Of a stretch of DNA of 32,536 nt, positions 17,843 through 25,877 are shown in pieces. The notes under the pieces were generated by a model. It ran no database searches, had not been told where the DNA came from, and saw nothing but the letters and a program-made list of their open reading frames with translations. Positions within the stretch are counted from its first letter, which is position 1; every line of letters begins with the position of its first letter. This DNA comes from a virus. Taxonomy: Duplodnaviria > Caudoviricetes. The position numbers and the translations under genes are program-made. The stretch lies in the IMG/VR virus record IMGVR_UViG_3300032243_000893, positions 1 through 32,536 of that record. One strand, given 5' to 3'.

Positions 17843-19438
17843 ATGAAAATTCTAATTATTGGCGGAGGTACGGGCGGCTGGCTATGTGCGGCCCGTGTTA
17901 AACAAAAGATCCCGACCGCAGAAGTTACATTAATCGAAAGTCCAAATGTTCCGCAATTAGGAGTAGGTGAAAGTGTGGTTCCAAATATTGGACTGTTCTT
18001 ACATGAGCTAGGATTGGAAGATAGTGATTGGATGAGCCGTACTGGCAGCATTTATAAGCTAGGTAACAGTTTTGAAAATTGGGTACACAACAAAGGCGAA
18101 CAGCAATATTTTACATTTACATATAATCTTGCTGAAAAGGATATGTTTAAAGATCAGACTACGTTAGATCTACGACCTTGGTTAACTTATAATCATACCG
18201 ATACAAGACTATCAGATTACTGGATGGCATTACGTAACCAAGGCAAGGTATCAAATATTAATGAAGATATGGATTGTCAACATTACTTTATGAAAAAACA
18301 AACAAGTCCGTTTTTAGGCGATGAGTATAAACTCAATCCATTATGGAGTACCAGTTATCATATTAATGCAGACAAGCTAGGTAGTGTTGTTAAAGACAAG
18401 GCAATACCAATGGGTGTTAAACATGTTCGAGCTCATATTAGTGACATCGTCATAGGTAATGATGGTGTTGAAAAAGTAATTACAGACCAGGGAGAAATTA
18501 CTGCGGACTATTATCTAGACTGCTCTGGATTAGGTAGATTGCTTATAAAAAAAGTTACAGACTCATGGCAAGATTATGATTTTATTCCGGTTAACAAATG
18601 TTGGGTTATGCCTGTTAAGTACGAGGAGCCTGAAAAAGAACTACACAACTATACACGAAGTATAGCAATGAAAGCAGGTTGGAGATTTAAAGTAACACTA
18701 TACCATCGTTACGGTACAGGGTATTGTTTTGATGATAACTTTATTACTGAGCAACAAGCATTAGACGAAATACTACAGACTGTAAATGAGAAAAATCTAA
18801 TACGTCAACCTAGATTGTTAAAATGGCAACCCGGAGCATATAAAGAGCCCTGGTGTAAAAATGTAATTGCTGTTGGTCTATCAGCGGGATTTGCCGAACC
18901 TATGGAAGCAAATGGTTTGTATTTGACTATATCGAACATTGACGAAGCATGGCAACAGTTAGCAAAGATTGATAGACAAGAATACGGTCAAGAAGAAGCA
19001 AGTCGTAGATATAATCATAAAGCTAATATACTGTTTAATGATACATATGAGTTTATATACCCACACTATCATCTAACACATCGTGAAGATACTCCTTTCT
19101 GGAAACATCAAAAGGAACTAGGTATCCTGCACAATACGATAGACATGGTGCGCGAACATTATCGTAGTCCGATTAACACAACCCAAATGTGCGGGGATGG
19201 TTATACCATCTATCCAGACTACATATGGGCCGCAATGGCTGTATATTACAATCAGCCTACAGATTGGAATTTAAAAGTTAATCCGGCATTACTTGATAAG
19301 GCAGAACAGCATTTTAAAAGTTTGAATTCTCGATGGGACCGATTATCTTCTGAAACTAAGAATTATTATCAATGGATGAAAGAAAATAGATTCAATAATT
19401 TATCACACAGCGAAATACAAACAAAGTTAGATATATGA
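17843..19438 (+). CDS. Flavin-dependent tryptophan halogenase-family protein
   Basis: GGGTGG FAD motif, GVGES, SIYKLG (Lys at the PrnA K79-like position), DCSG, GWRFKV, GFAEPMEANG. Confidence 0.88.
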   Translation: MKILIIGGGTGGWLCAARVKQKIPTAEVTLIESPNVPQLGVGESVVPNIGLFLHELGLEDSDWMSRTGSIYKLGNSFENWVHNKGEQQYFTFTYNLAEKDMFKDQTTLDLRPWLTYNHTDTRLSDYWMALRNQGKVSNINEDMDCQHYFMKKQTSPFLGDEYKLNPLWSTSYHINADKLGSVVKDKAIPMGVKHVRAHISDIVIGNDGVEKVITDQGEITADYYLDCSGLGRLLIKKVTDSWQDYDFIPVNKCWVMPVKYEEPEKELHNYTRSIAMKAGWRFKVTLYHRYGTGYCFDDNFITEQQALDEILQTVNEKNLIRQPRLLKWQPGAYKEPWCKNVIAVGLSAGFAEPMEANGLYLTISNIDEAWQQLAKIDRQEYGQEEASRRYNHKANILFNDTYEFIYPHYHLTHREDTPFWKHQKELGILHNTIDMVREHYRSPINTTQMCGDGYTIYPDYIWAAMAVYYNQPTDWNLKVNPALLDKAEQHFKSLNSRWDRLSSETKNYYQWMKENRFNNLSHSEIQTKLDI

Positions 19439-20493
19439 CATTTTATAATAAGGTAACTACTATCCAAATAGAACACAGCAGTATGTGCAATGCCGCCTGT
19501 CCGCAATGTTTAAGAGAATGGTGGGACGGAGATTATAGTCGAATTAAACAAACATATATACCTACAGATTTTTATGAAACACGGATCCCACAGACTGTAT
19601 ACGATCAGTTAGAAAAAATTAATTTTTGTGGAACAGTAGGAGACCCATGTACTGCACCTAATTTTATAGAAGTATGTAAAATTATTCAGAGAAAGAATCC
19701 TAATATTGCTATAACTATATCGACTAACGGAGGAATGAAAAGTGTTGAATGGTGGGCGGAACTTGGTAGTGTATTAGGTCCTAACGACATTATTGTATTT
19801 GGTATTGATGGTTTAGAAGACACTAACTGGATCTACCGTGTTAATGTTCGATGGTCCAAATTGATGGACAACGTGAAGGCATTTATTAATGCAGGCGGAA
19901 ACGCACATTGGCAATTTATCAGCTTTGCTCACAACGAACATCAAATTCCTATAGCAGAACAAATGAGCAAAGACATAGGTTTTAAACATTTTTTTACAAT
20001 TCCTAATAACAGATTTGCTGTAGAACAGTTATTTGGTAGAGCTGTTACGCTGGGTGCTAATGGTCTACCATTGAATCCGCCCAGTTCTGTTAAAGAAGTA
20101 TCTATTATTTTAGTTAATGGTAAACTTCCTCCTACAGAAAAACAGTGGGCAGAGGAAGCCGAAAAAGGTTGCATTAAATGCCAAGCACAAGATTACAATG
20201 AAGCATACATAGATGTTGAAGGGCACCTATTACCATGTTGTTATATTGCAGGAGCAAAGTTTACACTAAACGAATCGGATCCAGATGGTTATTACTCTCT
20301 TTGGTCTAATCACGGCGGTGAACATATTAATTTAAATATACATCCATGGGATGATATTATTACTGGTAACTTTTATAAAAATCTTACTGATAGCTGGACT
20401 AAGAAATTTAGCGAGGGACGATTATTAGTATGTTCAGGAGCTTGCATCAATAATGATGCACAATTTTCAAAATATAAAAATAAAACAACATGA
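19435..20493 (+). CDS. Radical SAM/SPASM-twitch protein, subfamily B
   Basis: CNAACPQC, CGTVGDP, STNGG, FGIDGLED, EGHLLPCC, CSGAC. Paralogue of 2853-3944. Confidence 0.9.
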   Translation: MTFYNKVTTIQIEHSSMCNAACPQCLREWWDGDYSRIKQTYIPTDFYETRIPQTVYDQLEKINFCGTVGDPCTAPNFIEVCKIIQRKNPNIAITISTNGGMKSVEWWAELGSVLGPNDIIVFGIDGLEDTNWIYRVNVRWSKLMDNVKAFINAGGNAHWQFISFAHNEHQIPIAEQMSKDIGFKHFFTIPNNRFAVEQLFGRAVTLGANGLPLNPPSSVKEVSIILVNGKLPPTEKQWAEEAEKGCIKCQAQDYNEAYIDVEGHLLPCCYIAGAKFTLNESDPDGYYSLWSNHGGEHINLNIHPWDDIITGNFYKNLTDSWTKKFSEGRLLVCSGACINNDAQFSKYKNKTT

Positions 20494-21227
20494 TTAAAAC
20501 TATTGGATTTTTTGGTGATAGTTTTTGTTCAGAAAGAGTTAATCATCACAGTTTGTTTTATGGTTACAAAACATACATTGATTTGTTAGCAAAACACTAC
20601 GATGCAAAAATTGTAAATTTAGGGCATGGTGGATCGGGAATTTGGGATACGCTACTAATACAATTGAATCCATTAATTGAAAAAAATCAAGTTCCTGATG
20701 TTTGCGTATTTGTGTGGACTTTACCTGGCAGATTATTTAATAGAGAAGTACGCAGACTTAATCATAGTGATACTTTGCATCCAAAATTGCATACATATAA
20801 TCCACTTAAATATCGTATATGGAATGCCGCAAAAGAATTTTATAATCATTTATACGATTACGAAAAAGAAGATATAGAATACAAAGCCGCGTTACTTTAT
20901 ATTGATAAGATAGTGTTGAGTCAATTGCCAACAACTACAAAAATTGTACATTTGTGGTCTGCAGGCACTACTGCACAATGGTCTAATGATGCTGTTAACC
21001 TTGCAACATATCCTTATACTTGGACGCATGGCGCTGAAATAAGGCCTAGCTTATTAAGTCTAAGTTTGCAAGATGCTGATATTTCTGTATTGCAAACTGA
21101 CCATCGATGCAATCACTTAGATGGTTATTTTAAAAATAATATTGTTTTTGAAAGTATTAAAACTGCTATCGATCACCCAAATAAACTTTACGATAAATGT
21201 TGGGTAACGGATCGTTTGGCCACTTAA
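20490..21227 (+). CDS. SGNH/GDSL-like protein
   Basis: GFFGDSF, NLGHGGS, WTLPGR, C-terminal CNHL. Confidence 0.6.
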   Translation: MIKTIGFFGDSFCSERVNHHSLFYGYKTYIDLLAKHYDAKIVNLGHGGSGIWDTLLIQLNPLIEKNQVPDVCVFVWTLPGRLFNREVRRLNHSDTLHPKLHTYNPLKYRIWNAAKEFYNHLYDYEKEDIEYKAALLYIDKIVLSQLPTTTKIVHLWSAGTTAQWSNDAVNLATYPYTWTHGAEIRPSLLSLSLQDADISVLQTDHRCNHLDGYFKNNIVFESIKTAIDHPNKLYDKCWVTDRLAT

Positions 21228-21747
21228 TGTAATTTGTAAAGGCATGTTTAACAAGGATACCCATGTCTAGTTTACCATCAGTTTCTATATCTTTTACTAA
21301 TTTTGCACGTTCAGGATTTAATATAGGACGATAAAAGTTCATGTCAATTGGTTGTTCTCTAACATCACTAGAACTGTAAAAACCGTAAGCGTGTAATTGT
21401 TCTTGTTTATCTGTATAGAAATATTTTGTATAAAAACTAGGTTTATATATTTTTTCGTTATACAAGTCCTGTGTAATCTGTTGCAGTTGTTCTATGTAGT
21501 CTACTGGAACATATTCTTCGCAAGTATTTCCATACCATTTGAATGAAATACGTCTAGTAAAAGGATTTACTTCTAATAGTTCCGGTGCCCAGGAATATTT
21601 GATTAATTGTAATACGTAGCGTTTTTCTCTTTCAAAACTACTTGTAACTAATTCTTGCGGATACCTATCCCCAGTGGGATTAAAATCCATAGTTGCGCTA
21701 TTATCATTAATAATTAAATTGAATATGCCGTGATCAATAACTGTCAA
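21166..21747 (-). CDS. Protein-kinase-like fold protein with degenerate active site
   Basis: FEREKRY (alphaC Glu), WAPELLEV, IYKPSFY in the catalytic-loop position. Similar to 22561-23247. TTG start uncertain. Confidence 0.5.
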   Translation of the reverse strand: MTVIDHGIFNLIINDNSATMDFNPTGDRYPQELVTSSFEREKRYVLQLIKYSWAPELLEVNPFTRRISFKWYGNTCEEYVPVDYIEQLQQITQDLYNEKIYKPSFYTKYFYTDKQEQLHAYGFYSSSDVREQPIDMNFYRPILNPERAKLVKDIETDGKLDMGILVKHAFTNYIKWPNDPLPNIYRKVYLGDR

Positions 21748-22537
21748 GATGGTCTATTCCTAATTTTTTACGAAAATCTTCAGTAAATTTTCCGTCAATA
21801 CGAAGTCCGTAGCTTTGTTCCATAATACGTTCACCGCCGTGCCAATCTACATCATTCCACCAAGCCGCCCGACAATTTAAATATGTCTTGTCTTTAGTTT
21901 CCGGATCCCATAAGTAAAATGCTTTCTTAGTATTGGGTCGAACGTGTATAAACTCATTGCGGTGTGGTTTGACTACATCCACGCCGTTCTTAGCATCTAA
22001 GTCTCTGTGTTCAAATGGGATGCCATCTGCTTCGCAATGAAAGAATATAACACGCCCAATTTCTTCAAATACAGTACCCACTAGACTTTCAACCCACTTG
22101 ACTACACTAGGAAAGTACTCGGCTTCCGGAGTTAATTTGCGTGGAGCAGTTCTATCATCCCATGATCCTTCTTCCCACAAATAATAATAAATGTATGGAT
22201 CGTACGACCCCATAGCCATTTTTAAGAACCGTGTAAACTTATTACGTTGTTGAAAATTTTTAAAATCTGTGGGCATTAATTTCATACCAGCTTGATATAT
22301 TGGATCATCCTTAGGAAGCTCCATAAATTCATCCATAGACTGATAAATTGGTTTCCAACTAAGTTTATAACTCATATTTTCAAATGAGAACCCTGGTTTC
22401 ATCCAAGTTCCTTCTTTAGCAAATTCACGTGCTAGGGCAAATCCTGTCAATATTTCAGGTTGCAGTTGTTCAAACATGGCCATATCTAAGTATGGTTCCA
22501 TGTTATAATAAGACTTGCCATTTATACCTTTTAGCAT
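21734..22537 (-). CDS. Putative Fe(II)/2OG oxygenase
   Basis: GRVIFF, FEHRD (HxD), WWNDVDWHGG, LRIDG. AAAGGA Shine-Dalgarno upstream. Confidence 0.6.
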   Translation of the reverse strand: MLKGINGKSYYNMEPYLDMAMFEQLQPEILTGFALAREFAKEGTWMKPGFSFENMSYKLSWKPIYQSMDEFMELPKDDPIYQAGMKLMPTDFKNFQQRNKFTRFLKMAMGSYDPYIYYYLWEEGSWDDRTAPRKLTPEAEYFPSVVKWVESLVGTVFEEIGRVIFFHCEADGIPFEHRDLDAKNGVDVVKPHRNEFIHVRPNTKKAFYLWDPETKDKTYLNCRAAWWNDVDWHGGERIMEQSYGLRIDGKFTEDFRKKLGIDHLDSY

Positions 22538-22547
22538 GATATCCTTT

Positions 22548-22555
22548 GATAATTA
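22548..22555 (+). promoter_or_regulatory. Late promoter variant GATAATTA (palindromic TAATTA core in a divergent gap)
   Basis: 5 nt upstream of ATG 22561. The core reads the same on the minus strand, towards 22537. Confidence 0.45.
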
Positions 22556-22560
22556 ACTGT

Positions 22561-23247
22561 ATGGACTACGAATACTATTATAACAATGTACCCGGGGAAG
22601 GTCAATCCCGCAATAACCTTATTTACACTAGTTTGATCAGCACTGATAAAAAAACTTTTGTACAATGGTACACTACTGAATCTGACTATCACAACGGGCA
22701 GAACGAAGTAGTGAATCCAAAATTAATGAAAGAAAAGTTTCATCGTGAGCTACACTACCTTAGTAACATGGCTTGGCACAATCCAGACATGGTGCCTAAG
22801 ATTAAAGAAGTTAATATTCCAGAGCAAAAGATCTATCTAGAAATAGATGGTTTAGATTTCTGGAATCGTGCCAACTGTACTACAGAAAATTATGATAGTG
22901 TAGTTCCTGATTGGCAAGAGCAGATGATTGCTATTGTCCAGGCACACAAGGCCAGAGGTTGGCACAAGTATTCAATGCATCCTAGTAGTTACTTTGTGAT
23001 AGGTGGCAAACTTAAAAGTATCAACTATTTTTTTACATATCACAAAGATGAAAAGAATGTCAGTATCGCTGAAGTAGAAAGTCATATACACTCCAATAGG
23101 CAAGCAGAAATGCGCAAATATTTGGAATCTTTAGGAATCGAATGGAATACGCCACAACCATGGGAAGTAATGGATCAACTGTGTTGGGAAAGTTTTAGAA
23201 CAAACTATCCAGCAGAATTTATAGAGCGTATTAAATGTATAAAATAG
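22561..23247 (+). CDS. Protein-kinase-like fold protein with degenerate active site
   Basis: KFHRELHYL, VPKIKEV, KIYLE, GWHKYSMHPSSY (HxDxxxxN position), LKSINYF (DFG position). Likely start is ATG 22561. Confidence 0.55.
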   Translation: MDYEYYYNNVPGEGQSRNNLIYTSLISTDKKTFVQWYTTESDYHNGQNEVVNPKLMKEKFHRELHYLSNMAWHNPDMVPKIKEVNIPEQKIYLEIDGLDFWNRANCTTENYDSVVPDWQEQMIAIVQAHKARGWHKYSMHPSSYFVIGGKLKSINYFFTYHKDEKNVSIAEVESHIHSNRQAEMRKYLESLGIEWNTPQPWEVMDQLCWESFRTNYPAEFIERIKCIK

Positions 23248-23777
23248 TACCATGGTCAGAAGATTTAGACTTAGTAGACTTTTATAGATATTGCGAGTCC
23301 AAAGGGTTCGTAAATAATGCTAGTCAAAAGGCAATGATAGATTGCTTTCGCAACGAACGTGAATGGTGTGTATGGATTCTGTTTTACAATGATGTAGCTG
23401 TTGGTAGCGTGGCTGCACACAGCATCGACGAGGGATATCGAATCTGTGCTAGAACCTGTGTATTGTCAGAACTACTTCCGTTAAATACGTTACGCACCCG
23501 CAATCAGATTGCCACGCATAATCATGTTACAGCACAGTACTTAATGTCTGCTTGTATAGAATGGGTTGGCAACGCAGGTAACATGTATATTACTAGCCAC
23601 CCTAGCGAAGTAGGTACACAGCGTCTAGTACATACTGTATGGGGTCCTACTTTAGAAAAGACAGGAGTTCTTACAAGAGCATTTGAAAAAGATTATAGAG
23701 GACATGTCCAAACATTTTGGAAACTTAATACCAATGTATTCTTAAAACAACTAGAAGAAGTAAAATGGAAACAGTAA
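23235..23777 (+). CDS. Putative GNAT-fold acyltransferase-like protein
   Basis: Size (180 aa) and the pattern WILFYNDVAVGSVAAH...YRICARTCV...LMSACIEW...MYITS fit GNAT topology. No clear acetyl-CoA loop. Confidence 0.4.
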   Translation: MYKIVPWSEDLDLVDFYRYCESKGFVNNASQKAMIDCFRNEREWCVWILFYNDVAVGSVAAHSIDEGYRICARTCVLSELLPLNTLRTRNQIATHNHVTAQYLMSACIEWVGNAGNMYITSHPSEVGTQRLVHTVWGPTLEKTGVLTRAFEKDYRGHVQTFWKLNTNVFLKQLEEVKWKQ

Positions 23778-24844
23778 GTCTTTGCGAACATTGTTATAGA
23801 CACGTACCAGCTACTAAGTTTATACGTGATAATAGTGTATGGATGAGTAAAAAATGTCCGGATCACGGTTATAGTGAATACATGATTGAACGTGACGCAG
23901 AATTTTATAAGTCATTAGAATTTGATCCGTATGGATATGATGTGCCTAGTGGTATTATGATTGAAGTTACTGATCGCTGTAATTTAAAATGTCCGCACTG
24001 TTATCATGAACCAGAAAATGCAACTTCAGATAAATCATTGGGTTATATCTTAAATCAAATTGAAAGTTGGCCTGATGACGCAGGTAGCGTTATTCTAGCA
24101 GGAGCAGAACCGACGCTACGTAAAGACTTACTTGAGTTGATTAGAAATATTAAGCACGTACAGCAACGCCTGGGACGTACACATCAGGACATTACAATAT
24201 TAACTAACGGTGTTAAACTTGCTGATAAAAAATGGACCGAAGATATTGCTAAAGCAGGATGTCGTGCTGTTATGATTGGTCTTAATCACAGTAGCTATCA
24301 AGGTAATACTGTACATAAGAAACAGTTGCAAGGAATCGAGAACTGTAAAGAATTTGGTATCATTGTCTATTATGTTGGTTACACGTTAGAGAACTTAGAT
24401 CATATTCCAGATGTGCTAGAAGAGATACAACAGCTAGGACATAGTGCTACACAATATCGTGTACGTGCAGGCAGTGATATCGGACGTAATCCAGACGAGC
24501 CTCGATATTATCTAAGCGATCATATTAAAGCAATTAAAACCTACGCTGATAGTAAAGGATGGTCTTGGGAAAAGATCCCAGCTGATGATAACTTATATCA
24601 CTATATGGTTAAAATTAATGGTATCACTCATAGGCTAATACAATGGAGCGATCCAAAGACCATTGATATGGAAGAACTACGTTGCGGACCATGGTGCGAT
24701 TTTGTTCCGGGGAAACCTATTACTAACTTTCTACACCAGATTATGTTACGTGATGCGGCTGTTAATAACAAGATGATGTTATGGGATACTGTTCCTGAAC
24801 GTTATCGATTCCGTACTAGAGAACAGATGCAGTTAGATCCCTAA
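23765..24844 (+). CDS. Radical SAM protein with N-terminal CxxC...CxxH metal domain (Tes/MJ0619-like N-terminus)
   Basis: TVSLCEHC...PA...KKCPDHG...DAEFY, then IEVTDRCNLKCPHCY, AGAEPT, LTNG. Confidence 0.85.
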   Translation: METVSLCEHCYRHVPATKFIRDNSVWMSKKCPDHGYSEYMIERDAEFYKSLEFDPYGYDVPSGIMIEVTDRCNLKCPHCYHEPENATSDKSLGYILNQIESWPDDAGSVILAGAEPTLRKDLLELIRNIKHVQQRLGRTHQDITILTNGVKLADKKWTEDIAKAGCRAVMIGLNHSSYQGNTVHKKQLQGIENCKEFGIIVYYVGYTLENLDHIPDVLEEIQQLGHSATQYRVRAGSDIGRNPDEPRYYLSDHIKAIKTYADSKGWSWEKIPADDNLYHYMVKINGITHRLIQWSDPKTIDMEELRCGPWCDFVPGKPITNFLHQIMLRDAAVNNKMMLWDTVPERYRFRTREQMQLDP

Positions 24845-25188
24845 CGTTCTAAATAGGTTGTCTTGATAAACTTCGGACTGAAGAACTCTTCTACAGTGTG
24901 AACAACTATACTAGTTTTGAATTGTTTACAGCTGAATATGTCGATATAGGCGTTACCCGTTTTATTGACAAAGTGTGCGGTAATATTGCTAGTGGTAATC
25001 ATTTGTAGTAAACTATAACCTTCATTGTCAGTGCCTGGCAATAGTAATTCGATTTGAGGAGCCCCATGTACCTGCATATCTATTCTTTCTACGAGAGTTG
25101 AAACAAAATTGCGTATAGTGCTATCGTTGTTTATAGATTCTATGTTGCAATTTTTACAGTCCAATATCAGATGGTAACCCCAAATCAT
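24841..25188 (-). CDS. speD: Pyruvoyl-dependent S-adenosylmethionine decarboxylase proenzyme-like
   Basis: WGYHLILD, GYS...ITTSNITAHF (autocleavage Ser), YIDIFSCK. 115 aa, class 1b size. Confidence 0.8.
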   Translation of the reverse strand: MIWGYHLILDCKNCNIESINNDSTIRNFVSTLVERIDMQVHGAPQIELLLPGTDNEGYSLLQMITTSNITAHFVNKTGNAYIDIFSCKQFKTSIVVHTVEEFFSPKFIKTTYLER

Positions 25189-25850
25189 TTTATTTCCCTA
25201 AGTATTAATTCTGCTAGAGCATTGTGGGCATCCCGGCCATAGTGATAGTGCTGTAGTTGTATAAATCTTTTAGCCTTACACCAATCTAGATAGTTGTCGT
25301 TGCCTTCAAATTTAAACACATTGTCTACAATAGGTATCTGCTCGGAAAACAAAGGCAAGTGTATATAATCTAAAGCATAGCCGTTACAGATATTGTCGAC
25401 ACAAAACATTAGGTCTTCTAGATTATTTCTAGAATATAAATTTTTTATATAAAAATCATTAACAGGACTAGTAAACACTCCTTCCCATTGTACACCTAAT
25501 TGTAGAAAATTATCCTGATCACAGCCTAATCCGCCTGGTGGATAATAAATTTCCGATCTATCAGTGCTAGTGTATCCAAATAATACTAGACTGTTTGGAT
25601 GTGCCTGTACTGCTTGAATAAGAAGTCTAAGGCTTCGAGCGTTACTGCCACCGCTCATTGCATAGTTATAACAAGGTATCTCTAATTGATCTGCTACTAT
25701 TTTTGGAAATGCTAGTTCCTTCCCCGGTGCATCCGCTTGTTCTATAGTGATCCGTCCTGAAATATAGTCTTCTAAATTATACTTGTTGTCTAATTCACAC
25801 CCTGCTACGTGGCTATCGCCAAATGCTAAAACGGATTGAAAATGTTTCAT
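25185..25850 (-). CDS. SGNH/GDSL-like protein
   Basis: LAFGDSHVAG, NYAMSGGSN, GYTSTDR, C-terminal YHYGRDAH. Confidence 0.65.
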   Translation of the reverse strand: MKHFQSVLAFGDSHVAGCELDNKYNLEDYISGRITIEQADAPGKELAFPKIVADQLEIPCYNYAMSGGSNARSLRLLIQAVQAHPNSLVLFGYTSTDRSEIYYPPGGLGCDQDNFLQLGVQWEGVFTSPVNDFYIKNLYSRNNLEDLMFCVDNICNGYALDYIHLPLFSEQIPIVDNVFKFEGNDNYLDWCKAKRFIQLQHYHYGRDAHNALAELILREIK

Positions 25851-25864
25851 TGGAATTTTATACG

Positions 25865-25872
25865 CTTAAATA
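25865..25872 (+). promoter_or_regulatory. Putative late promoter motif CTTAAATA
   Basis: 5 nt upstream of ATG 25878. A TATAAAAT variant on the minus strand (25862-25855) lies 4 nt before ATG 25850. Confidence 0.6.
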
Positions 25873-25877
25873 TGTTT

